Positions 29,838-39,752 of a stretch of DNA of 64,000 nt are shown here, piece by piece. This stretch comes from an uncultured delta proteobacterium (lineage in GTDB: Bacteria > Desulfobacterota > Desulfobacteria > Desulfobacterales > JAFDCJ01), in contig CAVYNY010000022.1 of the NCBI GenBank assembly GCA_963769935.1, positions 544,001 through 608,000 of the forward strand. Reading direction: 5' to 3'. The notes under the pieces are model-generated. The model ran no database searches and had not been told where the DNA came from. It saw nothing but the letters and a program-made list of their open reading frames with translations. The position numbers and the translations under genes were made by a program. Each line of letters begins with the position of its first letter. The first letter of the stretch is position 1.

Positions 29838-29963
29838 ATTCAAATCACAAATCACAAATCACAAACAATATCCAATGACCAAATTAACAAATTATTGCTT
29901 TCGGTCATTGAAGTTTCGAATTTTGAATTTATTTGGAATTTGGTGCTTGAGTTTTGTTTTTTT
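29838..29963. repeat. Long imperfect hairpin built from AAATCAC heptamers and their complement
   Basis: AAATCAC x3...CAATGACC / GGTCATTG...GGAATTTGGTGCTTG. Confidence 0.8.
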
Positions 29964-30018
29964 TGAAAAGAACACCCGCAAAATTTATAAGGCGTAAAAA
30001 TAGGCCCTGCCACGCCAG

Positions 30019-31722
30019 CTATGGTACCCTCATCCGTCTGCAGGCATCCTCGACCACCCCGGTCAACCCCGGAAATTCTTTGGAATCGTTCGCTTTGAGA
30101 TTTGATCTGAGGGTTTTCAAGGCTGCCGGTATGTATTTTTCGAATTGCTTTTTACCCTGAACCCGGCTCAAATTGGCAAAGGCACCGAGAATCTGCAGGT
30201 TGCGGGTTAACGTGCAATAATGATAGCAGTCCCGGAATTGATCGGGATCCACCGGAGCCGCTGCCGACAGCATCTTAAGACCGTCTTCCAGCAGCCGGGT
30301 TTGAATGGCTCGCGGCAAGTCCACGTAGGGGTCGATCAGCAGGGAAGCCAGATCATATTGGATCGGCCCGATGCGCCCTCCCTGGAAGTCGATAAAGTAA
30401 ATCCGGCGATCTTTGACCATGATGTTGCGGGATTGCATGTCGCGGTGCATAAACCCGCAGGATGGATGCCGTAGTGCTTTGTCGGCCAACGCTTTAAACT
30501 CAGACTCAAGATCTTCGAAACGTATCCCGGACCCGACATAGCCGTTTAGAAATGCTTCCAAAAAATACCGGCATTCTTTTTCAAGTATCAGCTTATGATC
30601 GTATTCGGAAGTTTGATACGTCCAGCTTCGGTCAAACTTGACGGCACCCTGCCGGGAAAGCCGAATTATTTGAGCAATGACGGATTGGTACAGCCGGATC
30701 ACCCGTGAGGAGTCGGCGGTTGATTGAACAACCTGCTGCAGGTGATCATCACCTAAATCTTCCAGGAAAACCAGGCCGCTGAATGTATCGTAAAAATAAA
30801 TTTTCGGCACGGGCACCTGCTGACGGTAAAGATGCCGTCCCAGATGAACAAAGGCATCGACTTCAGTGGTCATCCGGGTTTGCCGGATGCCGTGATCGAC
30901 CATGATCAGGGAGCCGCGGTCGGATTTCAACCGATACCATTGCCTCTGTGAGCCGTCACCTTTGAGCTTCACCCGGTCGGCCTGCCGCCGGCTGGAATCG
31001 GCAAAGGCCTGTTCAAAGGCCAGCGGCACCGCCTTTTTAATAGCTGCCTGCCGGTATCGTTCGGGGGATCCGATATCCTGCCAACTGCTTTTAGGGATTA
31101 TGACCGCCCTGAGCTTTTTGCCGTCGGCCAACATGGCCCTGAACGCATCGATGCTGCTGAAAGGTGTGTTAGCCGGTATATAATCCAAAACTTCCGGCTC
31201 CAGTACCTGCACCCCGGTAAATGTGAACAGGCTACCGGGCGTTCGGCCGCTATCTCCGGAGGGAGGGGCAAATCCCGTAATCCATTGATTTTGTTCAACG
31301 ACCACACTGTTAAATGTGGGATCATCGCAGAGAACCAGTGTGCCGGCGGGATGATGCCGGCAATGCGCACGATAAATTTCTGCCAGATCAACATCGGCAA
31401 TGATGTCGGCATTGATGACCAGCAAAGGTTGATCGTCCCAAAAGTCAGCCACGTTTTTTAGGGCGCCGCCGGTGCCCAGGATTTGTGGTTCATAGCGGGT
31501 GGCGATCTCGAGGCGATAATTCCGGGAGGCAATAAAGGCCTCAATCTGATGATGCAAATGATGGGTGTTGATGATCACGGCCCGGCAGCCGGCTTTTTGA
31601 AGCCTGCCGATGATCACATCCAGCAACGGGTGACCGCCGATGGAGAACAAGGGTTTGGGCGTATGGTCGGTATAGGGCCGCAGACGAGTTCCGTAGCCGG
31701 CGGCCAGTATCATTGCTTTCAT
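30019..31722 (-). CDS. Nucleotidyltransferase (MurU-like) fused to an APH-family kinase (AmgK-like)
   Basis: N-terminal MKAMILAAGYGTRLRP..PKPL; C-terminal GDGSQRQWYR, EDLGD, HRDMQSRNIM, IDFQ and YDLASLL. Confidence 0.85.
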   Translation of the reverse strand: MKAMILAAGYGTRLRPYTDHTPKPLFSIGGHPLLDVIIGRLQKAGCRAVIINTHHLHHQIEAFIASRNYRLEIATRYEPQILGTGGALKNVADFWDDQPLLVINADIIADVDLAEIYRAHCRHHPAGTLVLCDDPTFNSVVVEQNQWITGFAPPSGDSGRTPGSLFTFTGVQVLEPEVLDYIPANTPFSSIDAFRAMLADGKKLRAVIIPKSSWQDIGSPERYRQAAIKKAVPLAFEQAFADSSRRQADRVKLKGDGSQRQWYRLKSDRGSLIMVDHGIRQTRMTTEVDAFVHLGRHLYRQQVPVPKIYFYDTFSGLVFLEDLGDDHLQQVVQSTADSSRVIRLYQSVIAQIIRLSRQGAVKFDRSWTYQTSEYDHKLILEKECRYFLEAFLNGYVGSGIRFEDLESEFKALADKALRHPSCGFMHRDMQSRNIMVKDRRIYFIDFQGGRIGPIQYDLASLLIDPYVDLPRAIQTRLLEDGLKMLSAAAPVDPDQFRDCYHYCTLTRNLQILGAFANLSRVQGKKQFEKYIPAALKTLRSNLKANDSKEFPGLTGVVEDACRRMRVP

Positions 31723-34358
31723 GGCTGTAAAAGTTTCAAGGCTTTTTGGATGGCGTTCGCATAAACTTCGATTTTTTCCGAGTTTTCGGATCCTTTTATT
31801 CCTTTGCTGGTGAAAAATTCAACGGCATTCTGATAGCTGACCTTGGACAGCGCTTCTTTGCGTTCGATTTCCTTGCGTTTATACATACGATTTCCCCGAG
31901 CCTCGATTTTATTGAGCCGGTCCTTGGTCTTAACCGATTCTTGCGGATTGCGCATGTAGTAGTTGATTGCGATCCAGTATGACTCCAGAAAGGTTTTAAG
32001 GAAAAGAGAAAAAAGCTTCAGTTTGCGCAATCCGGCCGGGGTAATATCATACGTGTCGGGCAAGGTGGGGTGCGGAATCACAATCGCATTGTCAATGAAG
32101 GCCTTGATGCTTTTTCTCACGTTAAACCCCGGCCCGCTGTCAACATCGTAGGCGAATTCATAGCCGAAGAAATCCTGCCAGAAACCATAGCCGGAATGCA
32201 GATCGGATGATGAAAACCGAGACGCATTTTGCCCCAGGACGGCCATGGCCGTATAGGCCGCCGGAATAAAAAAGGCAATGCAATTGTTTTTATAGTATTC
32301 CAGGTAAGGCCGCCTATTTTCATTGATTATAAATTGCATTTCGGCATCTTTGTCCGCCTTGCTTTTGGGGATCGGTTCAATGAATTTTCGTTGGCAATAA
32401 TAATCAATCACCTGCTCGAAAGCCCCCTCATAGTCTGAAACAAGCGTGTCGGCAAGCTTGGCCGTCTGGGCCGTAAGATGTCTGCGATAGATGTCATTAA
32501 TCGCCTGCAACCGGCTGATGGAAAATGTGTCCCCGGAAGCGTTGAGGATGGCACCGGCAACGATGGCATGCGGTGTGACGACCGTAACCCGGTTGATAGC
32601 GTTTATAATACGATAACCCAGGTTGCGGATCAGCGCATTCACTTCTTTGGATTTCATTTCCGCCAGGGGGCGTTCATGGCGGCTTAACAACTGGTTCATG
32701 GATAGGGGCTCATGGAATTGAATGTATATTTTGCCGTAGCGTTTTTTGAGGAGTTTGCGGGCCCGGATCACCTGCAGAATGTTTTCGGCTTCCTTCTGAC
32801 CGCCGCCGAGTTCGTGCAGATAAGACTTTTCTTCCACGATTCTGTCATAGCCGATGTAAATCGGTACGATAATCATGTCATGGCAGGCACCGTCTTTATA
32901 GGCGTTTATTAAAATGGACAACAGGCCCAATTTCGGCATCAGCACTTTTCCGGTGCGGCTGCGGCCGCCCTCGATAAACTGCTCGATGTTGTACCCTTCC
33001 TCCAGTAATTTGTAGATATATTCGGCGAAAACCTTGGAATAAAGAACCGCACCTCCGAAGGATCGGCGAAGAAAAAAAGCACCGCCGCTGCGAAATAGGG
33101 GGCCCATCGGCCAGAACGAAAGGTTTTTCCCCGCTGCGATATGGGGTACCGCCAGGTTGTTTTGATATAGCACATAATCCAGAATCAGATAATCAATGTG
33201 GCTTTTGTGACAGGGAACCAATACCAGCGGTCCTTTCATGGACATGGTCTTAACTCGGCCGAGAACTTCATGATTGATCGTTACCCCCTCGAACATGGTC
33301 CGGATGATCCATCCCACGATGGCCGCTGCAATTTTTATGAAAGCGGGCTTATAGTTGGCGGCGATTTCTTCCAGATACCCATCGGCCTGGCGGTGAACCT
33401 CCTGAATGGGGACCCCCCGGTTTCCGGCATAAGTTTGCATAAATTGCCGCAAACGATCCCTGGTCAAAATGCTTTCTTTCAATTCCTCTTTAGATTTGCG
33501 GACAGGTCCGGTGATGCTTTGACGATGGCGATTGAGTTGAACCAGCAAATCCCGTCGCAGCACCAATGACTGATATTCGGTCGATTGGTGGCGGAATCTG
33601 TCCGATTGCAGATAGCGTTTCAGATTGACAGGCTCGGAAACCTCCACAAACACCCGGCCGGGATTTTTAAAAAGGGTGAACAGACGTCTGATCCTGCCGG
33701 GCTTGTCTTCCGAACCCAACAATAGATCCAGCAGGGTAGGGTCTTCGCGGCGAGCAGTTTTGCTGAAAAAAATCAATTGGGGTATCAGGTAGAGCGGTCG
33801 ATCAATGGTTTTTTGAACTTCGATCAGGTAATGCACAGGATCGGTGTGGGCCTTGACAAACCGGCGATAGAAGCTCTTTTTTCCGACCAGAGACAAAAAG
33901 CCGCTGCGCCCGTCGATCAATTCCTGTTTGATGTAACCGCGTGCATAGGGATCCGGCAGGGTTTGGTAGCGGAAAAAAAAATCCAGCCGGGCCAGCAAAA
34001 TTTTTAATAACCGCGATACCGGCTGGCAAAGATAGACTTTATAGTCAAAACCGATCTGCGGAAACGGCAAATGTTCCCTCCGGTAGCGGCTGTAGTAAAA
34101 TAGATATTCGAAAGAGTTTTTGAATTTGGTTACATATATAACAATGGCATCTTGGGGCAGTTGCCTGATCATTTCGATCTGGGTTTTATCCACTTTGATG
34201 CCCAAGTAAAACAGCTTTAAAAGCAGACTTGTGAAACTGCCGATGTCTTCGGGAATCAGACAGGTATAATGATCATGGGACCCGCCCAGCAACCGGCTGA
34301 TCCAGCCGCCCGATGCGCGGCCTTTGCCTGCCGGTTTTTCTTTTTTTTCTGTCGTCAT
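31719..34358 (-). CDS. plsB: Glycerol-3-phosphate acyltransferase, PlsB-like
   Basis: PCHKSHIDY, IAAGKNL, GAFFLRR and FIEGGRSRTG. Confidence 0.85.
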   Translation of the reverse strand: MTTEKKEKPAGKGRASGGWISRLLGGSHDHYTCLIPEDIGSFTSLLLKLFYLGIKVDKTQIEMIRQLPQDAIVIYVTKFKNSFEYLFYYSRYRREHLPFPQIGFDYKVYLCQPVSRLLKILLARLDFFFRYQTLPDPYARGYIKQELIDGRSGFLSLVGKKSFYRRFVKAHTDPVHYLIEVQKTIDRPLYLIPQLIFFSKTARREDPTLLDLLLGSEDKPGRIRRLFTLFKNPGRVFVEVSEPVNLKRYLQSDRFRHQSTEYQSLVLRRDLLVQLNRHRQSITGPVRKSKEELKESILTRDRLRQFMQTYAGNRGVPIQEVHRQADGYLEEIAANYKPAFIKIAAAIVGWIIRTMFEGVTINHEVLGRVKTMSMKGPLVLVPCHKSHIDYLILDYVLYQNNLAVPHIAAGKNLSFWPMGPLFRSGGAFFLRRSFGGAVLYSKVFAEYIYKLLEEGYNIEQFIEGGRSRTGKVLMPKLGLLSILINAYKDGACHDMIIVPIYIGYDRIVEEKSYLHELGGGQKEAENILQVIRARKLLKKRYGKIYIQFHEPLSMNQLLSRHERPLAEMKSKEVNALIRNLGYRIINAINRVTVVTPHAIVAGAILNASGDTFSISRLQAINDIYRRHLTAQTAKLADTLVSDYEGAFEQVIDYYCQRKFIEPIPKSKADKDAEMQFIINENRRPYLEYYKNNCIAFFIPAAYTAMAVLGQNASRFSSSDLHSGYGFWQDFFGYEFAYDVDSGPGFNVRKSIKAFIDNAIVIPHPTLPDTYDITPAGLRKLKLFSLFLKTFLESYWIAINYYMRNPQESVKTKDRLNKIEARGNRMYKRKEIERKEALSKVSYQNAVEFFTSKGIKGSENSEKIEVYANAIQKALKLLQP

Positions 34359-34698
34359 GACTGGAGTCCATGCGGCGTTTTTTTTATTGTTCGGTTATGG
34401 GCGCCGTCTGTCGTTTAGCATATTGAATCCTGTCTCAGCGGCGGATTCTGAGATTGGGTTCCAATTTATCATGAGTCTGGGGATGAGTCAGGGATTTGGA
34501 TTTCGGATAGTTGCATTGTCCAGCTTATCAAAAACGCTGCCATTAAAATTAGCAGAATAGCAATTGGTTTGCAATATTTTATTGGCTTGTATTGGATACT
34601 ATGCTATGTTGGGTTTCCAAATCAGCTAAAAGTTTTAAACCTGCGCGGGTTTAGATGGATTGTACCATACATTTTAAGTGAAAGGAGGCTAAGCTTAT

Positions 34699-34977
34699 AT
34701 GAAGACATTAATTGGCGGCGCAATCGCAGCGGTATTGGGGTTGATAGGGATTGTGGCCTGGTTTCCGGAATTTCTGACGGTTGTGTTAGGAACAATCCCT
34801 ATAATGCTTTTGCTCGGTGGCGCTCTGGCCATTTATTTAGGGGTTGACGAACTCAAGGATAACTGGACCCAGGACGAAGCTGAAACGACCGAAACCAATG
34901 CCGGTGAAGAAGTTGAAAAATATAAAAAAGAGATCGGTGAGCTCAAGGAAGAGATTGAGAACTTAAAAAAAGAATAA
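34699..34977 (+). CDS. Small membrane protein (2 TM helices plus acidic coiled-coil tail)
   Basis: AAGGAGG RBS; two hydrophobic helices. Confidence 0.8.
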   Translation: MKTLIGGAIAAVLGLIGIVAWFPEFLTVVLGTIPIMLLLGGALAIYLGVDELKDNWTQDEAETTETNAGEEVEKYKKEIGELKEEIENLKKE

Positions 34978-35003
34978 CCCTGAATGGACTTTTTAACCGC
35001 GCG

Positions 35004-35033
35004 AGCCCGGCAGTTTGTCTTACCGGGCTTTTT
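35004..35033. terminator. Intrinsic terminator between convergent genes
   Basis: AGCCCGG...CCGGGCTTTTT. Confidence 0.6.
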
Positions 35034-35733
35034 GCATTTTGGCAGCCTTTTTTACGGCCGATGTCGCCAGATAATCGGCCCTTTCGTTGGCCGGATGGCC
35101 GGCGTGACCCCTGACTTTCATAATTTTAAGGTCCTTGAAACGGGTCATCGTTTCTTTGATGGACGCGACAATCTGCTGATTTTTGCGGGCCTTCCAGTTG
35201 AGCACGAGCAGACCGTAGGCATACTCGCTGTCGGTAAACAATCTGACGGGCTTCGCCGTATTTTTTACAGCCGAAAGCCCGGCCTGGATGGCTTTAAGCT
35301 CGGCGACGTTGTTGGTGGCATTTCCAATAAATTTAGAAATTTCTTTTTCATGCTCGTCGTAACGCAGCAGAACCCCGATGCCGGCAGGCCCCGGATTACC
35401 GGAAGAAGCCCCGTCGGTAAATACGCAAATTTTATCCTGGTAAGCTGTCTCGTCCCAGTCGGCACCCTCACCGACGGCATTATTTTTGGTCGACCTCTTT
35501 GGACGATGTTCTTTTTTATTTTGAGACGGCGCTTTTTCCGGCTGTGCGTCAAGGGGGGCGACATTTGATTTGTTGACCCAGTATTCGTATTCCTGCTTAA
35601 GCTGGTATTTGATCAGGACCTTGCCGTCTCTGGTAAGCGGTGCGCCCGTGGAATCAACGGCCATCCAGACCTTGTTGGTCTTAAACCACATGCGTTTCCA
35701 GTCTTTGGTTTCCGGCTGCTGATTGCTGGTCAT
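35020..35733 (-). CDS. rnhA: Ribonuclease HI with an N-terminal extra domain
   Basis: FTDGASSGNPG, TNNVAEL, TDSEY and VRGHAGHPANERAD. Confidence 0.88.
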   Translation of the reverse strand: MTSNQQPETKDWKRMWFKTNKVWMAVDSTGAPLTRDGKVLIKYQLKQEYEYWVNKSNVAPLDAQPEKAPSQNKKEHRPKRSTKNNAVGEGADWDETAYQDKICVFTDGASSGNPGPAGIGVLLRYDEHEKEISKFIGNATNNVAELKAIQAGLSAVKNTAKPVRLFTDSEYAYGLLVLNWKARKNQQIVASIKETMTRFKDLKIMKVRGHAGHPANERADYLATSAVKKAAKMQKAR

Positions 35734-35754
35734 TGGTTCCCGGCCTCTGGGTAT

Positions 35755-36045
35755 TTAGTTTGATTGAGTTTGTTGAGTTGACTGAGTTTGTTGAGCTGTC
35801 TAGTTGACGGTTGATAGTTATAGTTGTTTAGAATACGTTCAGACCGCATGATCTCAGTTATACGGTCCAAGATTTCAGGTTCTAGGCAAAGCTCAGAGAG
35901 TTTACCGTCTAAAAATAGCGATCATTCATCCACATTTAACGCTCTGCCCTTATGCCATATTATGCCTTTAGCTTTCTTCTAATCTTCTTATCTTCTGAGC
36001 CTCTCAGCTTCTTATCTTCTGGACTTCCCACCCTCCCACCTTCCA
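35755..36045. repeat. Stack of 9/7/8-nt tandem repeats
   Basis: GTTGAGTTT, TGATAGT, TTATGCC and CTTCTTAT/CTTCCCAC units. Confidence 0.8.
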
Positions 36046-37221
36046 TCATTTATAAAGATGGAATTCCCGGCTGATTTTTTTAAACCGATTGAGTTCTTCC
36101 TGCCAGCCGGCCTCAATTTCATTGACGGGCTCCAGGTTTTCCAGGCGCCGGCGAATGTCCCTGTTGCCGATAATCAGGTCGATGGGCATTCGTTCTAATT
36201 CATATTCATAGGGCGGCGACTTCCATTCAAATTGATCCGGGTGATTCAATATGACGGCTCTGAGCAGCCTAAGCGTCGTTGCATAAGGTCGATAGCGCCG
36301 GGGCGCGGTGACATGAATCTGAAAACCGCGGCATGGTGTTTGCCGCCATTTATTCGAGGTCGGTTCGAACACGGCCGGCCTGAGGACGGCCCCGGGTATT
36401 TCCTTGTCGTCCAGGGCGCTCAGAATCTTGGCGAAATCAATAAAAGGGGCGCCGAATAATTCGAACGGCTGGGTGGTGCCGCGTCCTTCCGAGACATTGG
36501 TGCCTTCCCACAACACCTGGCCGGGATAGACCATAACGGATGCCGGCGTCGGCAGGTTGGGCGATGGGGCCACCCAGGGCAGCCCGGTGTCGGCAAACAG
36601 CATCCTGCGGTGCCAGCCGTTCATGGGAATTACTTCCAGCCGGCAGCCGATTGCAAAGTAGTCGTTGAACATAACTGCCAGTTCACCGATGGTCAATCCA
36701 TGGCGCATGGGGATCTGATAGCGCCCGACAAAAGAGGTGCAATCGGCACCCAGACAGTTGCCTTCGATCGCAACCCCGCCGATGGGGTTGGGCCGGTCCA
36801 GAATGATAATCTTGACGTTGTATTCCCGGGCCGCTTCCATGCAGTAGGAAAGGGTGTAGATGAATGTGTATACCCGGGTGCCGACATCCTGCAGGTCCAC
36901 CAGCAAAACATCGATGGGTTCGAAGATGCGGGCATCGGGTTTGCGGGATTTGCCATATAGACTGAAAATCGGAATTTTCAAAACCGGATCCAGCATGTCC
37001 GCCGACTCGATCATGTTGTCCTGTTTTTCGGCAAAAAAACCATGCTGGGGAGAATACAAGGCCGTTAAATGCTGCGGCACCAGGTTATGGATCAACAGGC
37101 GGGCATGGATAAATCGGCGGTCCACCGAGGCCGGGTTGCACAAAAGGCCAATGCGCGCCTTGGCCATAAAGCGCTGCGGTTCTGCAATCAGTCTTTCCAG
37201 TCCGGTTTGAACACGTGGCAT
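36046..37221 (-). CDS. namZ: DUF1343 exo-beta-N-acetylmuramidase NamZ-like protein
   Basis: DLQDVGTRVYTF, LDRPNPIGG, RHGLTIGELA, PSPNLP and SEGRGT. Confidence 0.88.
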   Translation of the reverse strand: MPRVQTGLERLIAEPQRFMAKARIGLLCNPASVDRRFIHARLLIHNLVPQHLTALYSPQHGFFAEKQDNMIESADMLDPVLKIPIFSLYGKSRKPDARIFEPIDVLLVDLQDVGTRVYTFIYTLSYCMEAAREYNVKIIILDRPNPIGGVAIEGNCLGADCTSFVGRYQIPMRHGLTIGELAVMFNDYFAIGCRLEVIPMNGWHRRMLFADTGLPWVAPSPNLPTPASVMVYPGQVLWEGTNVSEGRGTTQPFELFGAPFIDFAKILSALDDKEIPGAVLRPAVFEPTSNKWRQTPCRGFQIHVTAPRRYRPYATTLRLLRAVILNHPDQFEWKSPPYEYELERMPIDLIIGNRDIRRRLENLEPVNEIEAGWQEELNRFKKISREFHLYK

Positions 37222-37345
37222 GGTGTAGATCAACCCTTGTAGATTCGTCGACAATTTCTCATAGCACACTGACTGCCGAATCAAAAGCGTAATATATTTA
37301 AAAGAGTCAAAAAGACCTTGACATCAGTCTAAGTCCTAAAATTTC

Positions 37346-37374
37346 TTGACATAAAGACAAATTCCCCCTAAGTT
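37346..37374 (+). promoter_or_regulatory. Putative sigma-70 promoter of the oxidoreductase operon
   Basis: TTGACA-N17-TAAGTT. Confidence 0.5.
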
Positions 37375-37449
37375 ACCAAATTTGGTTCACGATGAAAAAT
37401 AAACGGTGCTCGGCGCTTTCTGATGCCCTTCGCACCCAAGGGAGTTGTT

Positions 37450-38157
37450 TTGGAGATTAATTTAAGCGGCGTGGTTGCGATTGTCGGGAATTACGGCAGC
37501 GGCAAGACCGAGGTTTCCATCAATCTGGCGGTCAACCGCAAACGTGCCGGTTTGGATGTCCGTATTGCCGATCTGGATCTGGTAAATCCATATTTCAGAA
37601 CCCGCGAAGCCCGTAAGCAACTTGCAAAGCTGGGAATCGAGGTGGTTTTACCGCCGCAGGAGTATTTGCAGGCCGATCTGCCGGTGCTCAGCCCCGTAAT
37701 TGCAGGTATGATCAAAAATGCCGTCGGCTTGGCGCTGCTGGATGTCGGCGGCGACGATGTCGGTGCAATGGTTCTGGCAGCCTTGGGCGATGCTTTTAAA
37801 GGCATCCGGGTCCATGTGCTGCAGGTGGTGAATCCGTTGCGCCCGAATACAGCCACCGTGGAAGGATGTCTGAAAATACGTGACGATATCGAAAAAGCAG
37901 CGCAGCTGAAGATCACGGGACTGATCGGCAACGCCAATTTGATCGACGAGACGGGCATCGATACCGTTTACAACGGCTATCAATTTGTTCGAAAATTGTC
38001 GGATGCCAGCGGCCTGCCGCTGGAATTTATTACGGTGGCCCGGGAGCTGCTGCCCGCCGTCGATTTAAAGCGGATTGGCTGTTCGATTCTGCCCATCGCC
38101 AGACAGCTTGTGCCGCCGTGGCTGAAGGCCAAGGATTTCGAGGATTCAGATTGTTAG
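37450..38157 (+). CDS. P-loop NTPase (CobQ/MinD/ParA-like) associated with vor operons
   Basis: GNYGSGKTE, DLDLVNPYFR and DVGGD; AAGGGAG RBS before TTG 37450. Confidence 0.8.
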   Translation: MEINLSGVVAIVGNYGSGKTEVSINLAVNRKRAGLDVRIADLDLVNPYFRTREARKQLAKLGIEVVLPPQEYLQADLPVLSPVIAGMIKNAVGLALLDVGGDDVGAMVLAALGDAFKGIRVHVLQVVNPLRPNTATVEGCLKIRDDIEKAAQLKITGLIGNANLIDETGIDTVYNGYQFVRKLSDASGLPLEFITVARELLPAVDLKRIGCSILPIARQLVPPWLKAKDFEDSDC

Positions 38158-38377
38158 TAGTGGTGTCAGGTTTCAGGTGTCAGCGCCGTTGCAAGGGCGG
38201 CAGGTTTGAGCGAAAAAGAAACTGATGAACGTCGAATCACGCCAAGGCGTTTAGCAACGAATGAATGTGTTCCGTCTATTTAAAAAAAGAGAGAGCAACA
38301 CGCGGCGCAAGCGCCTGCGCTGCGCGGGCGAAACCCTAATTATTCAATATTCAATCAAATAGAGGAGAATTAGCCGT

Positions 38378-38623
38378 ATGGCCTATGAGCATAGTATCGA
38401 TAGTGATCGATGCAAAGGATGCGGATTGTGCGTCAACTTCTGTCCCAAAAATGTTCTGGAGATTTCCGGTGAGATCAACGTAAAAGGGTATTTTCCGGCC
38501 TATCAGGCACGCCCGGAAGACTGTATCTTTTGTGCCATCTGCTGCACCGTGTGTCCGGACGTCGCCGTAACGATCAGCGAAATCGAAGAAGAAGCGGCAG
38601 CACAGAAACAAACGGAGGATTAA
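38378..38623 (+). CDS. 2[4Fe-4S] ferredoxin, oxidoreductase delta subunit
   Basis: CKGCGLC..FCP and CIFCAIC..VCP. Confidence 0.92.
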   Translation: MAYEHSIDSDRCKGCGLCVNFCPKNVLEISGEINVKGYFPAYQARPEDCIFCAICCTVCPDVAVTISEIEEEAAAQKQTED

Positions 38624-38624
38624 G

Positions 38625-39695
38625 ATGAGCAAGGTTCTAATGAAAGGCAATGAAGCCATTGCCGAGGCCGCCATTCGCGCAGGATGTCTGAATTATTTTG
38701 CCTATCCCATCACGCCGCAGACGGAAGTGGCCGAGTATCTTGCCAAACGTCTGACGGAAGTCAACGGTGTCTTCCTGCAGGGCGAAAGCGAGGTCGCGGT
38801 ATCCTATATGATTTTCGGCGCTGCCGCCTGCGGTGAGAGAGTATTTACAACCTCTTCGAGCCCGGGCGTCAGTTTGATGAGCGAAGGCATCAGTTATATC
38901 ACGGCGGCCGAATGCCCGGCGGTATTTGTCAATATCATGCGGGGCGGGCCCGGACTGGGTGGTATCCTTCCCTCTCAGGCAGATTACTTCCAGGCCACCA
39001 AAGGCGGGGGGCATGGTGACTACAAACTGCTGTGTATGGCACCGGCCAGTGTTCAGGAAGCCGTCGAGATGATGATGGAGGCATTTAGCCTGGCCGAAAA
39101 ATACCGCAACCCGGTAATGATTCTGGGCGACGGCCTGATCGGCCAGATGATGGAGCCGGTGGAATTCCCGGAACAGCTTAAAGCCAAACCATCCAACAAG
39201 GACGATTGGGCCACCAGCGGTATGGACACCCGCCGGAGCACCCAACGCAATCTGGTCAAAACACTTTATCTGGTACCCGAAGAGCTCAATGCCCATAATC
39301 TGAAATTAAAGGCCAAATATGAAAAAATGGAGCGGGAAGAGACACGGTCTGAGGCCTACAACTGCGATGGGGATTATCAGGCTTTAATCATCAGTTATGG
39401 TACCATGAGCCGGGTTTGCCGCACCGCCATCGACCTGCTCAGGGACGAGGGGCTGGAGGTCGGAATGATCAGGCCACAGTTCGTATTTCCCTTCCCGCGC
39501 AAGGCTATATATGAGGCCGCTCAAAAAGAAAGCTGCCAGGTTGTTTTCAGCATTGAAATGAGTATGGGGCAAATGATCGAAGACGTGGAGCGCAGTTTGG
39601 CCGGCAAGCGGCCGGTTCACTGGTATGGCAAGTGCGGCGGCGAGGTTCCGACGCCCGAAGAGGTAATGCAGGTGGTGCGCTCGATCGTTAAATAG
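38625..39695 (+). CDS. vorB: 2-oxoacid:ferredoxin oxidoreductase alpha subunit (2-ketoisovalerate, VorB-type)
   Basis: GNEAIAE, YPITPQ, TSSSPG and RGGPGLG. Confidence 0.88.
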   Translation: MSKVLMKGNEAIAEAAIRAGCLNYFAYPITPQTEVAEYLAKRLTEVNGVFLQGESEVAVSYMIFGAAACGERVFTTSSSPGVSLMSEGISYITAAECPAVFVNIMRGGPGLGGILPSQADYFQATKGGGHGDYKLLCMAPASVQEAVEMMMEAFSLAEKYRNPVMILGDGLIGQMMEPVEFPEQLKAKPSNKDDWATSGMDTRRSTQRNLVKTLYLVPEELNAHNLKLKAKYEKMEREETRSEAYNCDGDYQALIISYGTMSRVCRTAIDLLRDEGLEVGMIRPQFVFPFPRKAIYEAAQKESCQVVFSIEMSMGQMIEDVERSLAGKRPVHWYGKCGGEVPTPEEVMQVVRSIVK

Positions 39696-39752
39696 TCGCA
39701 TAGCCGAGCGCCTGACTCTGCGGGCGTCCGGCCAAATCAAGGAGTGGACACA

